A stretch of DNA of 63,991 nt, counting the filler, from Octopus bimaculoides (lineage: Eukaryota), in NCBI RefSeq assembly GCF_001194135.2. It is 8 parts of 7 records of this genome, joined end to end, with 100 filler letters (N's around TTAATTAATTAA, not from the genome) between each part and the next. Parts side by side here need not be neighbours in the genome. Positions count along the whole stretch, not along the records: positions 1 to 16,253 come from NC_068990.1; 7 more parts are not named here. One strand, written 5' to 3'. The translations under genes were made by a program, and so were the position numbers. The notes beneath the pieces were generated by a model that was not told where the DNA came from, made no database searches, and saw only the letters and a list, made by a program, of their open reading frames with translations. Shown in pieces: positions 1-12,309 of the stretch (its first letter is position 1; each line of letters begins with the position of its first letter).

Positions 1-1486
1 TGTTTTAGGAGAAATAAACGGTTTCGCATTTTCTTTTCAATTTTCTCAAATTTCTTTACCAACGTTGTGTCATCTATTCGTTATGGTGTGATGTAGAAAA
101 GTTCGAATCAGGGGGAGGTAATCAGTGATTTTTGCGGTATAAGGGAGATAATCAATATGTTGGGAATGATTAGGTTTTGTTAATTTAACATGATTTGGTT
201 TGATAGAATAAAATATTAGAAATGATTTAAGTTTGGTTGATGTTTTTCAATGAGGTAAGTTTCCTTATTTAAAAATGCTAGAAATGGTTAAGTTTTGGCT
301 TGATATGCACCATAGTGTCAGAAAAAATACCAGAGATTTTAGACTGCAAGAACTCAAAAACACCCTCATTGACAGACACTACCCAGTCCAACTCATAGAG
401 GATAGAATCAGACGTACAACACAAATCGACATAAAAACCTTAAGAAAAGTACAACACATCAACACACTGTCCCCGAAAATACTACCGTACATATCCACTT
501 ACAACTCCAGAAACAAAGAAGCCTTCGCCATCATCACCCCAAACCTACCAATGCTACAAAATGACCCTTAACTAAAGGAAATTTTACACACACTTAAGAT
601 CATTAAAAGCCACAAACAAAGGCAAAATTGTTTTCTAAAATAACAGACGCAAAAGTGAAAAAATGTGGTCGACCAAATTGTGCAACATGTCCCATCCTTC
701 TAGAAGGATCAGAATTCCTTTTTAAATAGGGACAAAAATTCAAAATCAAATCTGACTTTACTTGTGCCTCGGAAAATCTGATTTATGCTAAAAAGATGCT
801 CGGCTACCACTAGAATTACATAGAGTCCACGGGGGTTATAGCTCAGACGCAGTTGCATTCTGCACCGACAGCAGATTGCATTTCCAGAATGCAGAGTCAT
901 ACCCTTTTGTGAACACGTTGACAGATGCGCAAAACAACTGCTATCACAATTTGTAATCTTTCCATTTTGTCACTGTGCTATTGGAACACCAACACAAGTT
1001 AGATTAAATGAGGAAACCTACTTCATTGAAAAATATACGTCAAAACTTAACCATTTCTAGCATTTTCAAATAAGGAAACCTACTTCATTGGAAAATATCA
1101 ACCAAAACATAACCATTTCTAACATTTTATTCTGTCAAAACCAAATCATGTTAAATTAACAAAACCTAATCATTCCCAATAGTTTTGATTGTCTCCCTTT
1201 TATCTAAATATCCCTGATTACCACCTCCTGATTCGAACTCTTCTGCATCACACCATAACGAATAGATGACACAACATTGGTAAAGAAACTTGAGAAATTT
1301 GAAAAGAAAATGCGAAACCGTTTTTTCTCTCAAAACAATGTCACTATACACAAAATTTAATATCATTTTCCTAACATGATGATTTTAGTATATTTTTAAC
1401 CATATAATACAAATCTTCTATAGTTATTTCCTTCTATTTTGTTTTTTATACATCCAAGCACTTGCTTTCACATACCAACTCTCTCA

Positions 1487-1488
<2 letters not shown>
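1..1488 (+). mobile_element. Penelope-like retroelement (Penelope/Poseidon type), 5'-truncated and decayed: RT thumb plus GIY-YIG remnant, 3' pseudo-LTR, and an inverted pLTR copy at 1-305
   Basis: Hand translation gives QELKNTLIDRHYPVQLIE, LPYISTYN, KCGRPNCATC and FTCASENLIY (PLE thumb, CxxC linker and start of GIY-YIG). Bases 1-305 are the reverse complement of about 1035-1340. The element ends CTCTCTCACC next to (AT)n. Confidence 0.85.

Positions 1489-1489
<1 letters not shown>

Positions 1490-1550
<61 letters not shown>
1490..1550. repeat. (TA)n microsatellite flanked by inverted CTCTCTCACC / GGTGAGAGAG
   Basis: Read directly from the sequence. Confidence 0.95.
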
Positions 1551-1552
<2 letters not shown>

Positions 1553-2075
1553 TGAGAGAGATACTATATTAACGATGTCCGAGTGGTTGAGTTCCATTTT
1601 TAATCTCTCTTATAATTGATATGATGAAACTGTAATCATTCCAAGATTTCTGGAATTGTGATTTTTATGTATTAATAGTTCAAATGTCTGATGAAATGGC
1701 AGATGATTTCTGATTGTGTAATGCACCAATTTTGAATATATTACTATGCTACAGAAACATATGCAGCATGTATCGAAATGTTATCATCTATTCATCATAT
1801 CTTATTATACATACATATATACAGTTATATGTATATGTGTATGTATATATATGTATGTATATATATGTATCATGTATGTATATGCATGTATATATGTATG
1901 TATATAAGATTTTTGCTTCCTGAACGAAAATAAGAAAAATTCATGTTGCAAAATATAATTATTAAATGGTGTCTTCAGCTTAGTAACTTGGAGTTTTCAT
2001 ATTTTATAGATTGATAGATGAAACGAAGATCTGTATCTTCATTGTCTGATGAAACGTGTATGGGGCAAAACACTC
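1551..2075 (+). mobile_element. Degenerate 3' end of a Naiad-type PLE, split by a TA/TATG microsatellite
   Basis: Remnants MKWQMIS and RKFMLQN resemble the Naiad EN C-terminus. A decayed CTGATGA motif lies at about 2045. Confidence 0.4.
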
Positions 2076-2303
2076 CAGACATCCACTCACCTACACACGG
2101 ATACATACACATAATTTGGGCCACTACTAGCACTCAAATCATATCATGCAATTATTTAAGACATCAATTGAAGACGGGTACATATAGTAGGTGTGTTCTC
2201 TCTTTCCAGATGCCTTTCATAAAAAATTTAGATATTATAATTAAATTGGATTTGCGATTAGCATTCATTTGCATGACCTGCATTTATGTAGAAAATGTCA
2301 CTG

Positions 2304-2304
<1 letters not shown>

Positions 2305-2334
<30 letters not shown>

Positions 2335-2520
2335 TGTATGTATGTATGTATGTATGTATGTAGGTATGTATGTATGTATGTATGTATGTAGGTATGTATC
2401 TATATATATATATATATGTGTGTGTGTATACATACATATGTATATGTATATTGTATATGTATATATGTATGTGTATATGTATGCATATATGTATGTATGC
2501 ACTTACATGTATATATATAT
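2305..2520. repeat. (TATG)n / (TA)n compound microsatellite
   Basis: Read directly from the sequence. Confidence 0.95.
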
Positions 2521-2975
2521 GCATATTTATTCATCCATTCGCATATTAATATAATTATGGTGGAAAAAGCTAGTGAATCTGTTACAAAACTGCATGCAAA
2601 CAGCAACGTATTGCTGTCTTGTTGCAGCGTTTATAGAAAACAGCTGTAAAAATCGCATCTGAATAAACAACGAAGTCCATCCGATGTATTGAAGGGAACA
2701 GAGATAGGCAGTTGTAACATTGATTCAGAAAACAGATCATATGTCTTAGATCCACCTCATTCTAGTTAGATGTTTGTGTTGAAGCTAACATAATCTAACA
2801 TTATAAACACGAGTCATTGAATGAGAACTTCTATATGGTCGCTTGACCAGCTACATGTAGTAACCTAATCTCATGAAATTTAACATTTAAACAATAAAAA
2901 TGTAGTCCTAGGCATAATTCTAATTAGGCAAGATGACACCCCCCTCCTGACTACTTTTGATCATAAATCCGGGTT

Positions 2976-2976
<1 letters not shown>

Positions 2977-3026
<50 letters not shown>

Positions 3027-3245
3027 TCGCATTAGCAATAGCAGCAGCAATAAGAACAGCAATAACAATAACAGTAATGAATCTATAAGTTCCAATGTAG
3101 TCACTTGACTGGCTAGAACTAACAACACCACTACAAATACTCGCACAACAGCCATCGCTACAATCACTATCATTTCCATCTCATCACCATGAACAACATC
3201 ACCACCACCACCACCACCACCACCACCGCCACCGCCGCCGCTGCC
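2977..3245. repeat. (ATC)n, (AAT/AAC/AGC)n and (ACC)n/(GCC)n trinucleotide repeats
   Basis: Read directly from the sequence; these explain the poly-M, poly-L and poly-T pseudo-ORFs. Confidence 0.9.
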
Positions 3246-5140
3246 GCTACAAATTCTGTAGTAGCATTACACGTCTCATGTTCCAAAAGAAATTGTATTT
3301 TAACAGGTTTTGTGCAGTTGTTTTACTATTTGACATCAACCAGTTTTCTATCACCACACTCCTACCTACTCACAGTAATAAATACACTCACTAATAACGT
3401 CTCCCTTCAATTAAACATTTTGTAAACTTTATACTTCAACACTCCCAACTAAACATTAACTGTGTTAACCTTGCCCAACCAAATGCATCCTTTCAATTCA
3501 AAGGCCCTTTGACGTCGTATGCTCAGCCCTTCTTCTCTAGTAGTTATACATTTCTGTAGAATTCCCACCTGTAGCTGTCGACCACGTCTTCTTCATACCA
3601 ACACGTTGCTGGGTCTTACCGCACCAATGTCATCTCCTCTCCATTTCTCGACAGTTCTCATTAGTGCGTGTGTGTTGAGGAATAAGACATTACTTTCTAG
3701 AACAGCACCATTCAACAGATTCCTCTGCTCAACATTTTGCTCCGAAATGAATAAATAAATAGATAAATAAAAATTCGTCACAAAAGAATATTTTCATTGT
3801 TAGTTAATGTAAACTATAACAAAATAAGTTAGAATTACTATTTTTACTATTTTTAGTGAAAGCATCATATGTTAGAATCTGGATAGATTTTTGGAAGCCA
3901 AACAAGAGGAACATGGATGGAATAGAAAGAAAAAAATTGATACTGCGAAGAAATGATGTTCCAATATCGACTGGTTCTTGTAAAATCAATCAGGGATGAT
4001 CAAAACGACTGGTGATTAATTGCAATAGCAATGTCTAGAGATAAATTTCACCAGAATTCTTTATCTTATATGAACAATTTTCCCTTAACTGTTGTCAATG
4101 AATTTATAGAGAGGACCCTGCTGCGTTTTGAACCACTGTGCTCAGGATTTCACGATCTACCAAACCTCTATAAAAGGTAATAGACATATTGAAAAATTGT
4201 GTCGCTATAAAAGGCATTAACGTTTACGCGAATACGGTTCGACCAATCAGCTTTGGTTAACTTGTTACAGTCGACACAGTGAACTTCAAAGAAAGTGTTC
4301 GAGTTTCCCCCCAAAGATCGAAAGTTCAAGAAACTTTTGCCTGTTGTTATAAAAAATTGGTCAACGCCCAAACCTGAGCCATCCGCACAACATAGTATTT
4401 ATCATTCTTAATACGCTCTTGGCAGATTAGAATGTGAATATTTGATCGCTGGTGTTTTCAATCATCAGAGTACGTCTCCTCCATTTAGACGATATGTGTT
4501 CATTACACAAGTGATTTAAATTAGTATTAGTGTGGTCATTCTCATCTTTACACGTAGCCGACTTAATTTTGTGCACAACCAGTGACGAATTAATAATTAA
4601 AGATCTACCAAAAGGTTCATATTAACAATGTTCTTGGTTCCTGAATTAAGTAATAATAGGGTTCGTGGTGTCTTTATCCGGTTATTTTCTTTTTTTTATC
4701 TGGTGGTTTTCTTTTTTTATCCTGTGGTTTTCATACAAATTGCAACAGATACCGTAGAAGAGTTGTGGTTGATTTCTATTTACGATAACAAGACAGAATA
4801 GTTAGGAAGAATATTGGGAAGATGGGGTAATAATCATTGCAGTATAACTTTGTGGGCCTTTGGGGAAAATTATGAGTACTTGTGACGAAAGAACTTTGAG
4901 AAAGAAACAATAATAACGATAATAAAACTGCAGTAAAGACCAAACATGTAGTGTGTGTGTGTTTAATTGGCAAAGTATGACTTTCCCCAAGTATAACAAT
5001 ATGAGTACTTGTGTCTAGGAAAAATGAATGGTTCTTTCTAGAAAATTGAAACTCTCCTTGTGAGTGGATTTGGTGGATGGAAACTGAAAGAATATTCCAT
5101 GCGTGTATTATAGATAAATGCAATCAAATGTACTGTCAAA

Positions 5141-5195
<55 letters not shown>

Positions 5196-5700
5196 NNNNN
5201 NNNNNNNNNNNNNNNNNNNNNNNNNNNNNNNNNNNNNNNNNNNNNNNNNNNNNNNNNNNNNNNNNNNNNNNNNNNNNNNNNNNNNNNNNNNNNNNNNNNN
5301 NNNNNNNNNNNNNNNNNNNNNNNNNNNNNNNNNNNNNNNNNNNNNNNNNNNNNNNNNNNNNNNNNNNNNNNNNNNNNNNNNNNNNNNNNNNNNNNNNNNN
5401 NNNNNNNNNNNNNNNNNNNNNNNNNNNNNNNNNNNNNNNNNNNNNNNNNNNNNNNNNNNNNNNNNNNNNNNNNNNNNNNNNNNNNNNNNNNNNNNNNNNN
5501 NNNNNNNNNNNNNNNNNNNNNNNNNNNNNNNNNNNNNNNNNNNNNNNNNNNNNNNNNNNNNNNNNNNNNNNNNNNNNNNNNNNNNNNNNNNNNNNNNNNN
5601 NNNNNNNNNNNNNNNNNNNNNNNNNNNNNNNNNNNNNNNNNNNNNNNNNNNNNNNNNNNNNNNNNNNNNNNNNNNNNNNNNNNNNNNNNNNNNNNNNNNN

Positions 5701-5744
<44 letters not shown>

Positions 5745-6950
5745 CAATAATAGAATGTATATTAAAGAGGGAATAAGGTCTATATATGCAAATAATAGCG
5801 ATGATCTGAATGGGATGATTAAGGTCAATACAAGCAATAATATAAATACTTATAGTAATAGCGTAAATAAGAAACTATCGAGGGGTTCGGGAGATAACAG
5901 AGAGGCTGATAGAGTCTATTTTAGTAAAAATCGGAATACTAAGAATAATGATATTGTCTGGTATAATCTTCCTTTCAATTGCGCAATAGCTACTAATATA
6001 TATAGAAAATTTCTGGCGATATGGGAGAAAATTTTCCCAGCTTCACATAAATATAGCATACTTTTCTCCGTAAGAAAATCAAAGTCTCATATAACACTCT
6101 TCCGAATCTGGGTACAATAATAACTCGCCTGAACAGGAAAAATATAACAATATCCCATAGGATTGATAATTATAATAGTAATAGTAGATTAACTCCCAAT
6201 AACGATTCTAATAATCTTAATGATTTAAATATCAATAGTGCTAATGATAACACAGCTTCAGCCAATCATGATGCAGACCCAATAGGTAATATTAATGGAG
6301 TCAATGGACCACATTTAACCCTCACGGTGATTACATAACCTCTAGCGATACAATCCAAGACTTGAGGGTAAATGTAAATATAAAAAAAATAATTATAACA
6401 CCCAGAGTAGTGGAGACGTAATCCGTGAATTTTAACTGTACCCTGAATGATGATTATAATTATTAATAGTATGATTTAAAAAAAAAAAACTACAATATTA
6501 AGGGCATTTGAAATTGTAGGGGAAAATCCCATTGTCTGCTATTAGGTCAATGTTTAACAAATAACGTTATATAAAAATGTACATTTATGACGGAAACTAA
6601 TAATTTTACTTATATCGGGTGTTCTGTAGATATGGAAAAACGTTTAGATAACTGACTTTCATCCTTTAGACTAAGACATAAAGCTAGCAACTCATCATTA
6701 TCTATGAAGATCTGGGAACTCAAGGATGATAATATTAAATTCAATGTAAAGTAGGATATAATGCGTAGAGCTCAACCAGCCTATATGAATGTGAACTATG
6801 TTGTATGGAGATATATTAAATATTCAAATATAGAGATAAAGACAACATAATTAATAATGAATTAGATCTTATAATGTCATGTGTTCATAGTATTACCCGT
6901 GCATTTAAATACTTTAGAAGCAGTAAATAATAAATACATTCTACTGTCTC
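5745..6950 (+). mobile_element. Naiad-type PLE, decayed C-terminal half (post-RT linker, CxC-x5-C-x5-C finger, GIY-YIG endonuclease)
   Basis: IVWYNLPFNCAIATNIYRKFLAIWEKIFPASHKY; *NCRGKSHCLLLGQCL (6509-6556); FTYIGCS; SSLSMKIWELKDDNIKFNVK*DI; CELCCME. Several stops and frameshifts are present. Confidence 0.85.
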
Positions 6951-8029
6951 TTTAATGACATAAGTTACACACTGTGCCCTATCATTCATAACTTACCCTC
7001 TGTAATATCATAACCTGTTTAGTAATGTGTTCTAGTGACCCTTAGCATCTTTGATAACTAACCATGATATCTGGATAACTTGTTCTCCACCCAATTTGTT
7101 TATACCTTACACATTATAACTCCTCTATCTAAATATTAATTCTCCGTATAGTTAATCTCTTACCTTTACATAGTATACCGAGTTTATAACTCCATGGATT
7201 AAACATTGAAACTCTATATAGCAATTAATATAACTTCCTCTCCTTCGAATTAGCACTACTTCATTAATTTATTATTAATTTTTAATTTGACATTTGTTCT
7301 TCTCTTCCTAATTTTATCTCTCCTCCTTTATAGTTTATGATTTGTTGAATCATTGTAACCCATCGTAAATTTCGACAATTTTTTGACGCTCTTTTTAACA
7401 TATCGGTATCCACATTGCTAGTTACTTTCAGTAATATATAATAAACAAGATCTAGTATTCCTTTCATAAATCATACCTATGGCGCTTTCTCGTGATTTGA
7501 CCTTATATAACCTTTGAATTGAAATGATTATTCTATGACTTAAACTAGGAAATAATTATCAATAATTTAGAATGTTATAAACCAGAAAATTTACACACTA
7601 TTAATTATTACAATATGTATCTACCCATTTCCTAAATCAATTCCTTTCATATGTGCTTGATATAAAATACGTTTTTACCTTTACTACTAGTGGTCTTTTT
7701 TATATTTCGCACCTCCCCTAAGTACAAAATATACCCTTTAAGTTCTATTACTATTTATTTATCTTTATGTATTTTTATTGTATACATTTGTAAAACATTT
7801 TTTCACTTTTAACTTTATTTATATTAAATTCTGGTATATTTATTTTTATCTCCATCTCTTTATTTATAATAAAGATCTTATATTTTTATATTTTATTTTA
7901 AATTTTTATAGTTTTTATACTTTTATATATTTTACAATTTTTTAAATATATTCTTTTATATATTTTTTATATATCCTTTATATATTTATTTAAGGATTAT
8001 ATATTTTTTACAGTTTATATTTTATATTC

Positions 8030-11000
8030 GGAGTTATCGGACGTCTTTTTCCTACTGCTGTTTAAAGGTATTTGTTACATTATTGTTGATTTGTTTTTGT
8101 TGAACTCACCTGTATTTGTGTTTTTCGAGGCACTTTTTGTCTGCGTTGCAGCAGATTTGTTTCCCCTTTGTTTGAAGGAAACTTAATATGTCTTTTGTAT
8201 CTCGTTTTATTCTCAAAATGAGTATATCCTTCGACGGGGAAAACTTACATTTTTACAAATTATTAGAAGCAATGGTAATGATCATGCCTGCGCCAGCAGA
8301 CCAAACGGAAAATACGATAAAGAAACCGACGACAGCTCTGAGAAAAATAAGGGGGAAAATGACTAATTTCGCAGCTGTAGCTGGAGTAAACAAAGAAGAC
8401 TTAAAAAGTGAACAAAACAAACTAGGAAAGTACAACGGTCTCCTTCAAAGGGAGGAGCACAACGTGAAATTGGTCCCTCTCAGCGAAGTCACTCACACCA
8501 CCCAAAGGAAGACTATAATATTTAAAACGTATTTCATCAAAAACAAAAGAATTGATTTGGCCCCCGAAGAGGCTGTAGAAAAATTTTTACACCCCATATG
8601 GCAAGACATCACCGATATAGCCAGGGGAGGAGATATGCCACAGTGGAGGTACGTTTTACAACGAGGAAAAAGCCAGGCAACATTCGACAACCTCACTCAA
8701 GTTAGCCGAGGGTGTTCTCCTGCCAACATACCTTGGTGACGGTAGAAGAAATACCACTAGAGATTGATGTTGCCTGGCTCGTAGTAGCACTGGTATGGGA
8801 CTTGGAGGACAAAATCACTATCCTTGAAGCCACCAAATTTCCCCAACAGAACTGGCAGAGGGTTGGGTTGGAGATGTTTATCCAATCTACCCCAGATTCA
8901 ATATTGATTGGAGAAGAAACAGATCTAAGGGTCATGGTGGAGAGACGGAAACCTCGTTGTTATAAGTGTGGCCAAAAAGATCACATAAGAGTAGAGTGTC
9001 TTCCACCACCTGTACCCACACCACCCGCGAAAACTTCTGTACCTCCACCAACCGCGAAATCATCTGTACTCCCACTACCCGCAAAAACTTCGGTACCTCC
9101 ACCAGCCGCGAAAACTTCTTATCCCACCACCTACGAAAACTATTCCTGAAGTGGGGAAAAATACAGAGAGACAGGAGCCTATAGAAGACTCGAAAACAGT
9201 CAAAAGAAAAGAAACAGGAGTCGAGACATTACCAGAAGATATAGATTGGACTATTGTCGGCCCCCAAAATAAAAAAAGAAGAAAGAGGAAGAACCCCCTC
9301 CCAACCCTCAAAGACACTAATACACCAAGCACAAGCACACGCGCACTCGCCACCATAAACACACAAGATCCCCAAACTCCTCACCCATCGCCCAGCAAGT
9401 CATGTATAAACATTACAGCCATTGACGTTAAAAACAGAATTAAAAAAACAAATAGTAAAAATCACAACAGTAAAACCATTTAACAAAACCCAAAACCCAA
9501 GTACACCACCTGATATTTATTTTTACATCATTAACAGTATAAATTACAGTGTAATTAAAAAATCATTCCCCGAGGACTTTAATCTCATTTATATAGACAA
9601 TTCTTAAAGAATAGTCCATAAACCACACCATCTGAAGACCTGGACGAGGAGAGATTACCATCCCCACTTCTCTAAAGGCAAGACAACTTTATGCTCTTGT
9701 TCAATGTAGGTTGCATAAATGTACGCGGCCTGGGGTCAGAGTGGAAGCAAAGCTGCCTCTGTGACAACCCCAGGTCGAATAGATTGGATTTAATAGTTAC
9801 TACTGAAATCAGACTGAGTGGACTGCAGGCTTTTTTTACCCCTCCTAAACGGCTACGAGAAATTATTTCTCCAAGCCAACCTGGAGTGGGAGGAGAAGTC
9901 GCAGTTCTACTCAGAAAAAAAACTGGATTTAGAGGTAAGAAGTGTCTTTGTAGACCCGGTGGGCAGGTTAATCGTTCTTGATGTGAGGCACAGCAGCGGT
10001 AAGTCTTTCAAGTTGGTTGCTGTCTATGCTCCTAGTGGAGCAGGGCAGTCTGACTATTTCAGAAGCCTAGAGAATTTTCTAGGAACGTCGCACACTTTAG
10101 TGTTGTGAGGTGACTTTAACATAATCTGCGATGCACCAGGATAAGAGAGGAAACTCTTGCCTCAGCGGTCTGCTAAAACGTTTTCAGCTGGCAGACCGAT
10201 TCATACTGAATCACTCGGATGTACCATTGTGAATATAGGCGAATAACGAGGAGTCGTCCAGATCTTATCTAGATAGGATTATTGTTAGAATTAAAGATAA
10301 GAACGTAGCTAGTTGTCCACTACATCATATTGTCAACTACAATGATCACAAATTTGTGACCTGTAGGTTTGACTTAGATACTGTGTAGACAAAGACCCGG
10401 TTATTGGAAGATAAATAGGTCACTTTTGGCCTGTGAAGCCTGCAGGAACCGGATTAGGCAGTTAGTGATGAGGGTATTAACTGGTACCATTATTAACAAC
10501 AAATGGTGGTATTCCCTCAAAAGAGCCATTAAAGTTGAGTCAATTAGATTTAGTAAGGAGCTAGTAAGAGGGAATTAACGTCACCGGATTGACCAACCTA
10601 GGAGACGTACAAGGTTTTTCATGAGCATTTCACCCAGCTTTTCTGGAGGGGTGACGTCCACAGTGTAGGGAGGACCTCACGGACTTCCTCGCCGGTTTGC
10701 CGCGTCTCTCGAGGTGGGAAGCGGAATGCTGTGAAGGGCCGATCACAGCTGCGGAAGTGGAGGAGGCATTGTCGGACTGCGGCGGGGACAAGTCGCCGGG
10801 GCTAGATGACCTCCCCTATGAATTGTATTATAGTATGCCAGACTTGTTTGGGCACTTACTTGCATGCATCTACACCAACTGTCAGCAGGATGGGAGTATT
10901 CTTAAGTCTGTGAGCCAGTGGATTGTGACACTGCTAAGAAAGGACCCAAACAAGGGGGATGTAATTGATGACTTTCGGCCCATCACTCTGCTTAATGCAG

Positions 11001-11410
11001 AGCTGAAGATTTTGGCCAAAGTATTTAGCAAAAAGGTTGGCGCGGGTCATGGGTAAATTTGTTGAGGAGACGCAAACCTGAGCCATCCCTGCAGGTCAAT
11101 TCTCGACAATCTCCATCTTATACGCTATACCTTAGAGAGGGTAAATAGATTTCCTGGCAAGGGTGGGGCTATGGTCCATTTAGACCAATCCAAAGCGTTT
11201 GATAGGGTTAACCATCAGTATCTGGCAGCGGTCCTTGCGGCGGCCGGGTTTGGCCCGACCTTCTGTAGGTGGATCACTGCTTTATATAGCAACATGGAAT
11301 CGATCGTTGGTATGAACTGTTTCTTTTCGGAACCGCTCCGCATTGAGTGTCTTCTCTCCCCACTTCTGTATTTTTGGCCCTCGAGCCATTGCTGCGGAAG
11401 CTGGAGGCTA
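8030..11410 (+). mobile_element. Tx1/L1-clade LINE, 3'-truncated and frameshifted: ORF1 with CCHC knuckle (8188-9500) and ORF2 APE endonuclease plus RT (9691-11410)
   Basis: ORF1: RCYKCGQKDHIRVEC. EN: CINVRGL, GRLIVLDV, VAVYAP, YLDRI, DHKFV, GYWKINRS. RT: KSPGLDDLPYELY, FRPITLLNAELKILAK, LDQSKAFDRV, LLSPLLY. Confidence 0.9.
9003..9145 (+). repeat. 30-bp tandem repeat (about 4.5 copies) encoding PPxAK(T/S)SVP in Tx1 ORF1
   Basis: Repeated CCACCCGCGAAAACTTCTGTA-like units. Confidence 0.85.
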
Positions 11411-11905
11411 TGAAGGGCATCTGCGAGATCCAGAGTATGAAAATTCAGTCCCCATTTGTGTTATTCCATTCGATTTTCATATACATTTATCATTAATTTT
11501 TAATCATGCTTATCTTCATGTTGTTTTATCATTCGTTCCCCGACCCCTTGTATGCCTTTGTATTGTCCCTTTTTATTCGTCCTACATGGATAACTAAGAA
11601 TAAAGTTTATATTTTATATACCTCGTCGTACATTTTGTTAATATTCTTATATTTTAAATACATTATATTCCTTATTAGCATATGGACCTAAATTCTAAAT
11701 ATTTATATCTAATACACTCCTTTATGTATTTTTAAATAATTTTTTCTTCACTTTCTTCTAATAATTTTAGATATAATTTATTCGTCAGCTATATACCTAA
11801 TTTCTAAATTTATTTTAATTCTATAACATTGTAACTATGCTAAATTGTAATAGTCCCCCTTCTTTCTATTGTGGATTTGCTTACCACCCCTATTTTATTT
11901 TATTT

Positions 11906-12074
11906 CGAGGTTTCCGTCTCTCCACCATGACCCTTAGATCTGTTTCTTCTCCAATCAATATTGAATCTGGGGTAGATTGGATAAACATCTCCAACCCAAC
12001 CCTCTGCCAGTTCTGTTGGTGAAATTTGGTGGCTTCAAGGATAGTGATTTTGTCCTCCAAGTCCCATACCAGTG
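11906..12074 (-). repeat. 169-bp inverted duplicate of Tx1 ORF1 segment 8788-8956
   Basis: Reverse complement matches with about one mismatch; it translates to the same LVWDLEDKITILEATKF...RRKPR peptide. Confidence 0.95.
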
Positions 12075-12309
12075 TCTTACTTCTTCTCACTATCATATAT
12101 ATTCTAATAAAATACAAATAGAACGGCTTATAAAAAGTTAAATATAACGACTAAAAATTCAAAACTACCAAAAAGCCTAATTGACAAATATAAAATAAAT
12201 AAAGATGAAAATAAAAATAAAATAAAATAAGTGTCCGCCGACTAAAAAGATTTTATCAGGCGATTAAAATATTTTTTAACAATTATTAAAAAAAAAATTT
12301 TATATTTGT

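Noticed and set aside
2018-2649. Long ORFs rich in M/Y/V/C/H/T (also at 28.8-29.8, 44.7-45.8, 53.7-54.2 and 58.6-59.2 kb)
   Set aside because: They are translations of microsatellites.
3830-4500. Unique, moderately complex sequence with short ORFs on both strands (possible exon)
   Set aside because: All frames are interrupted and no recognisable motif was found.
5077-6120. 347-aa ORF and other X-rich ORFs
   Set aside because: They are read through N gaps; only the 3' part is a PLE remnant.
6950-7000. ATGA followed by a TAAGTTA/TAACTTA hairpin as a possible SECIS
   Set aside because: It lacks the apical AA at the expected spacing and the 3' GA of the quartet.
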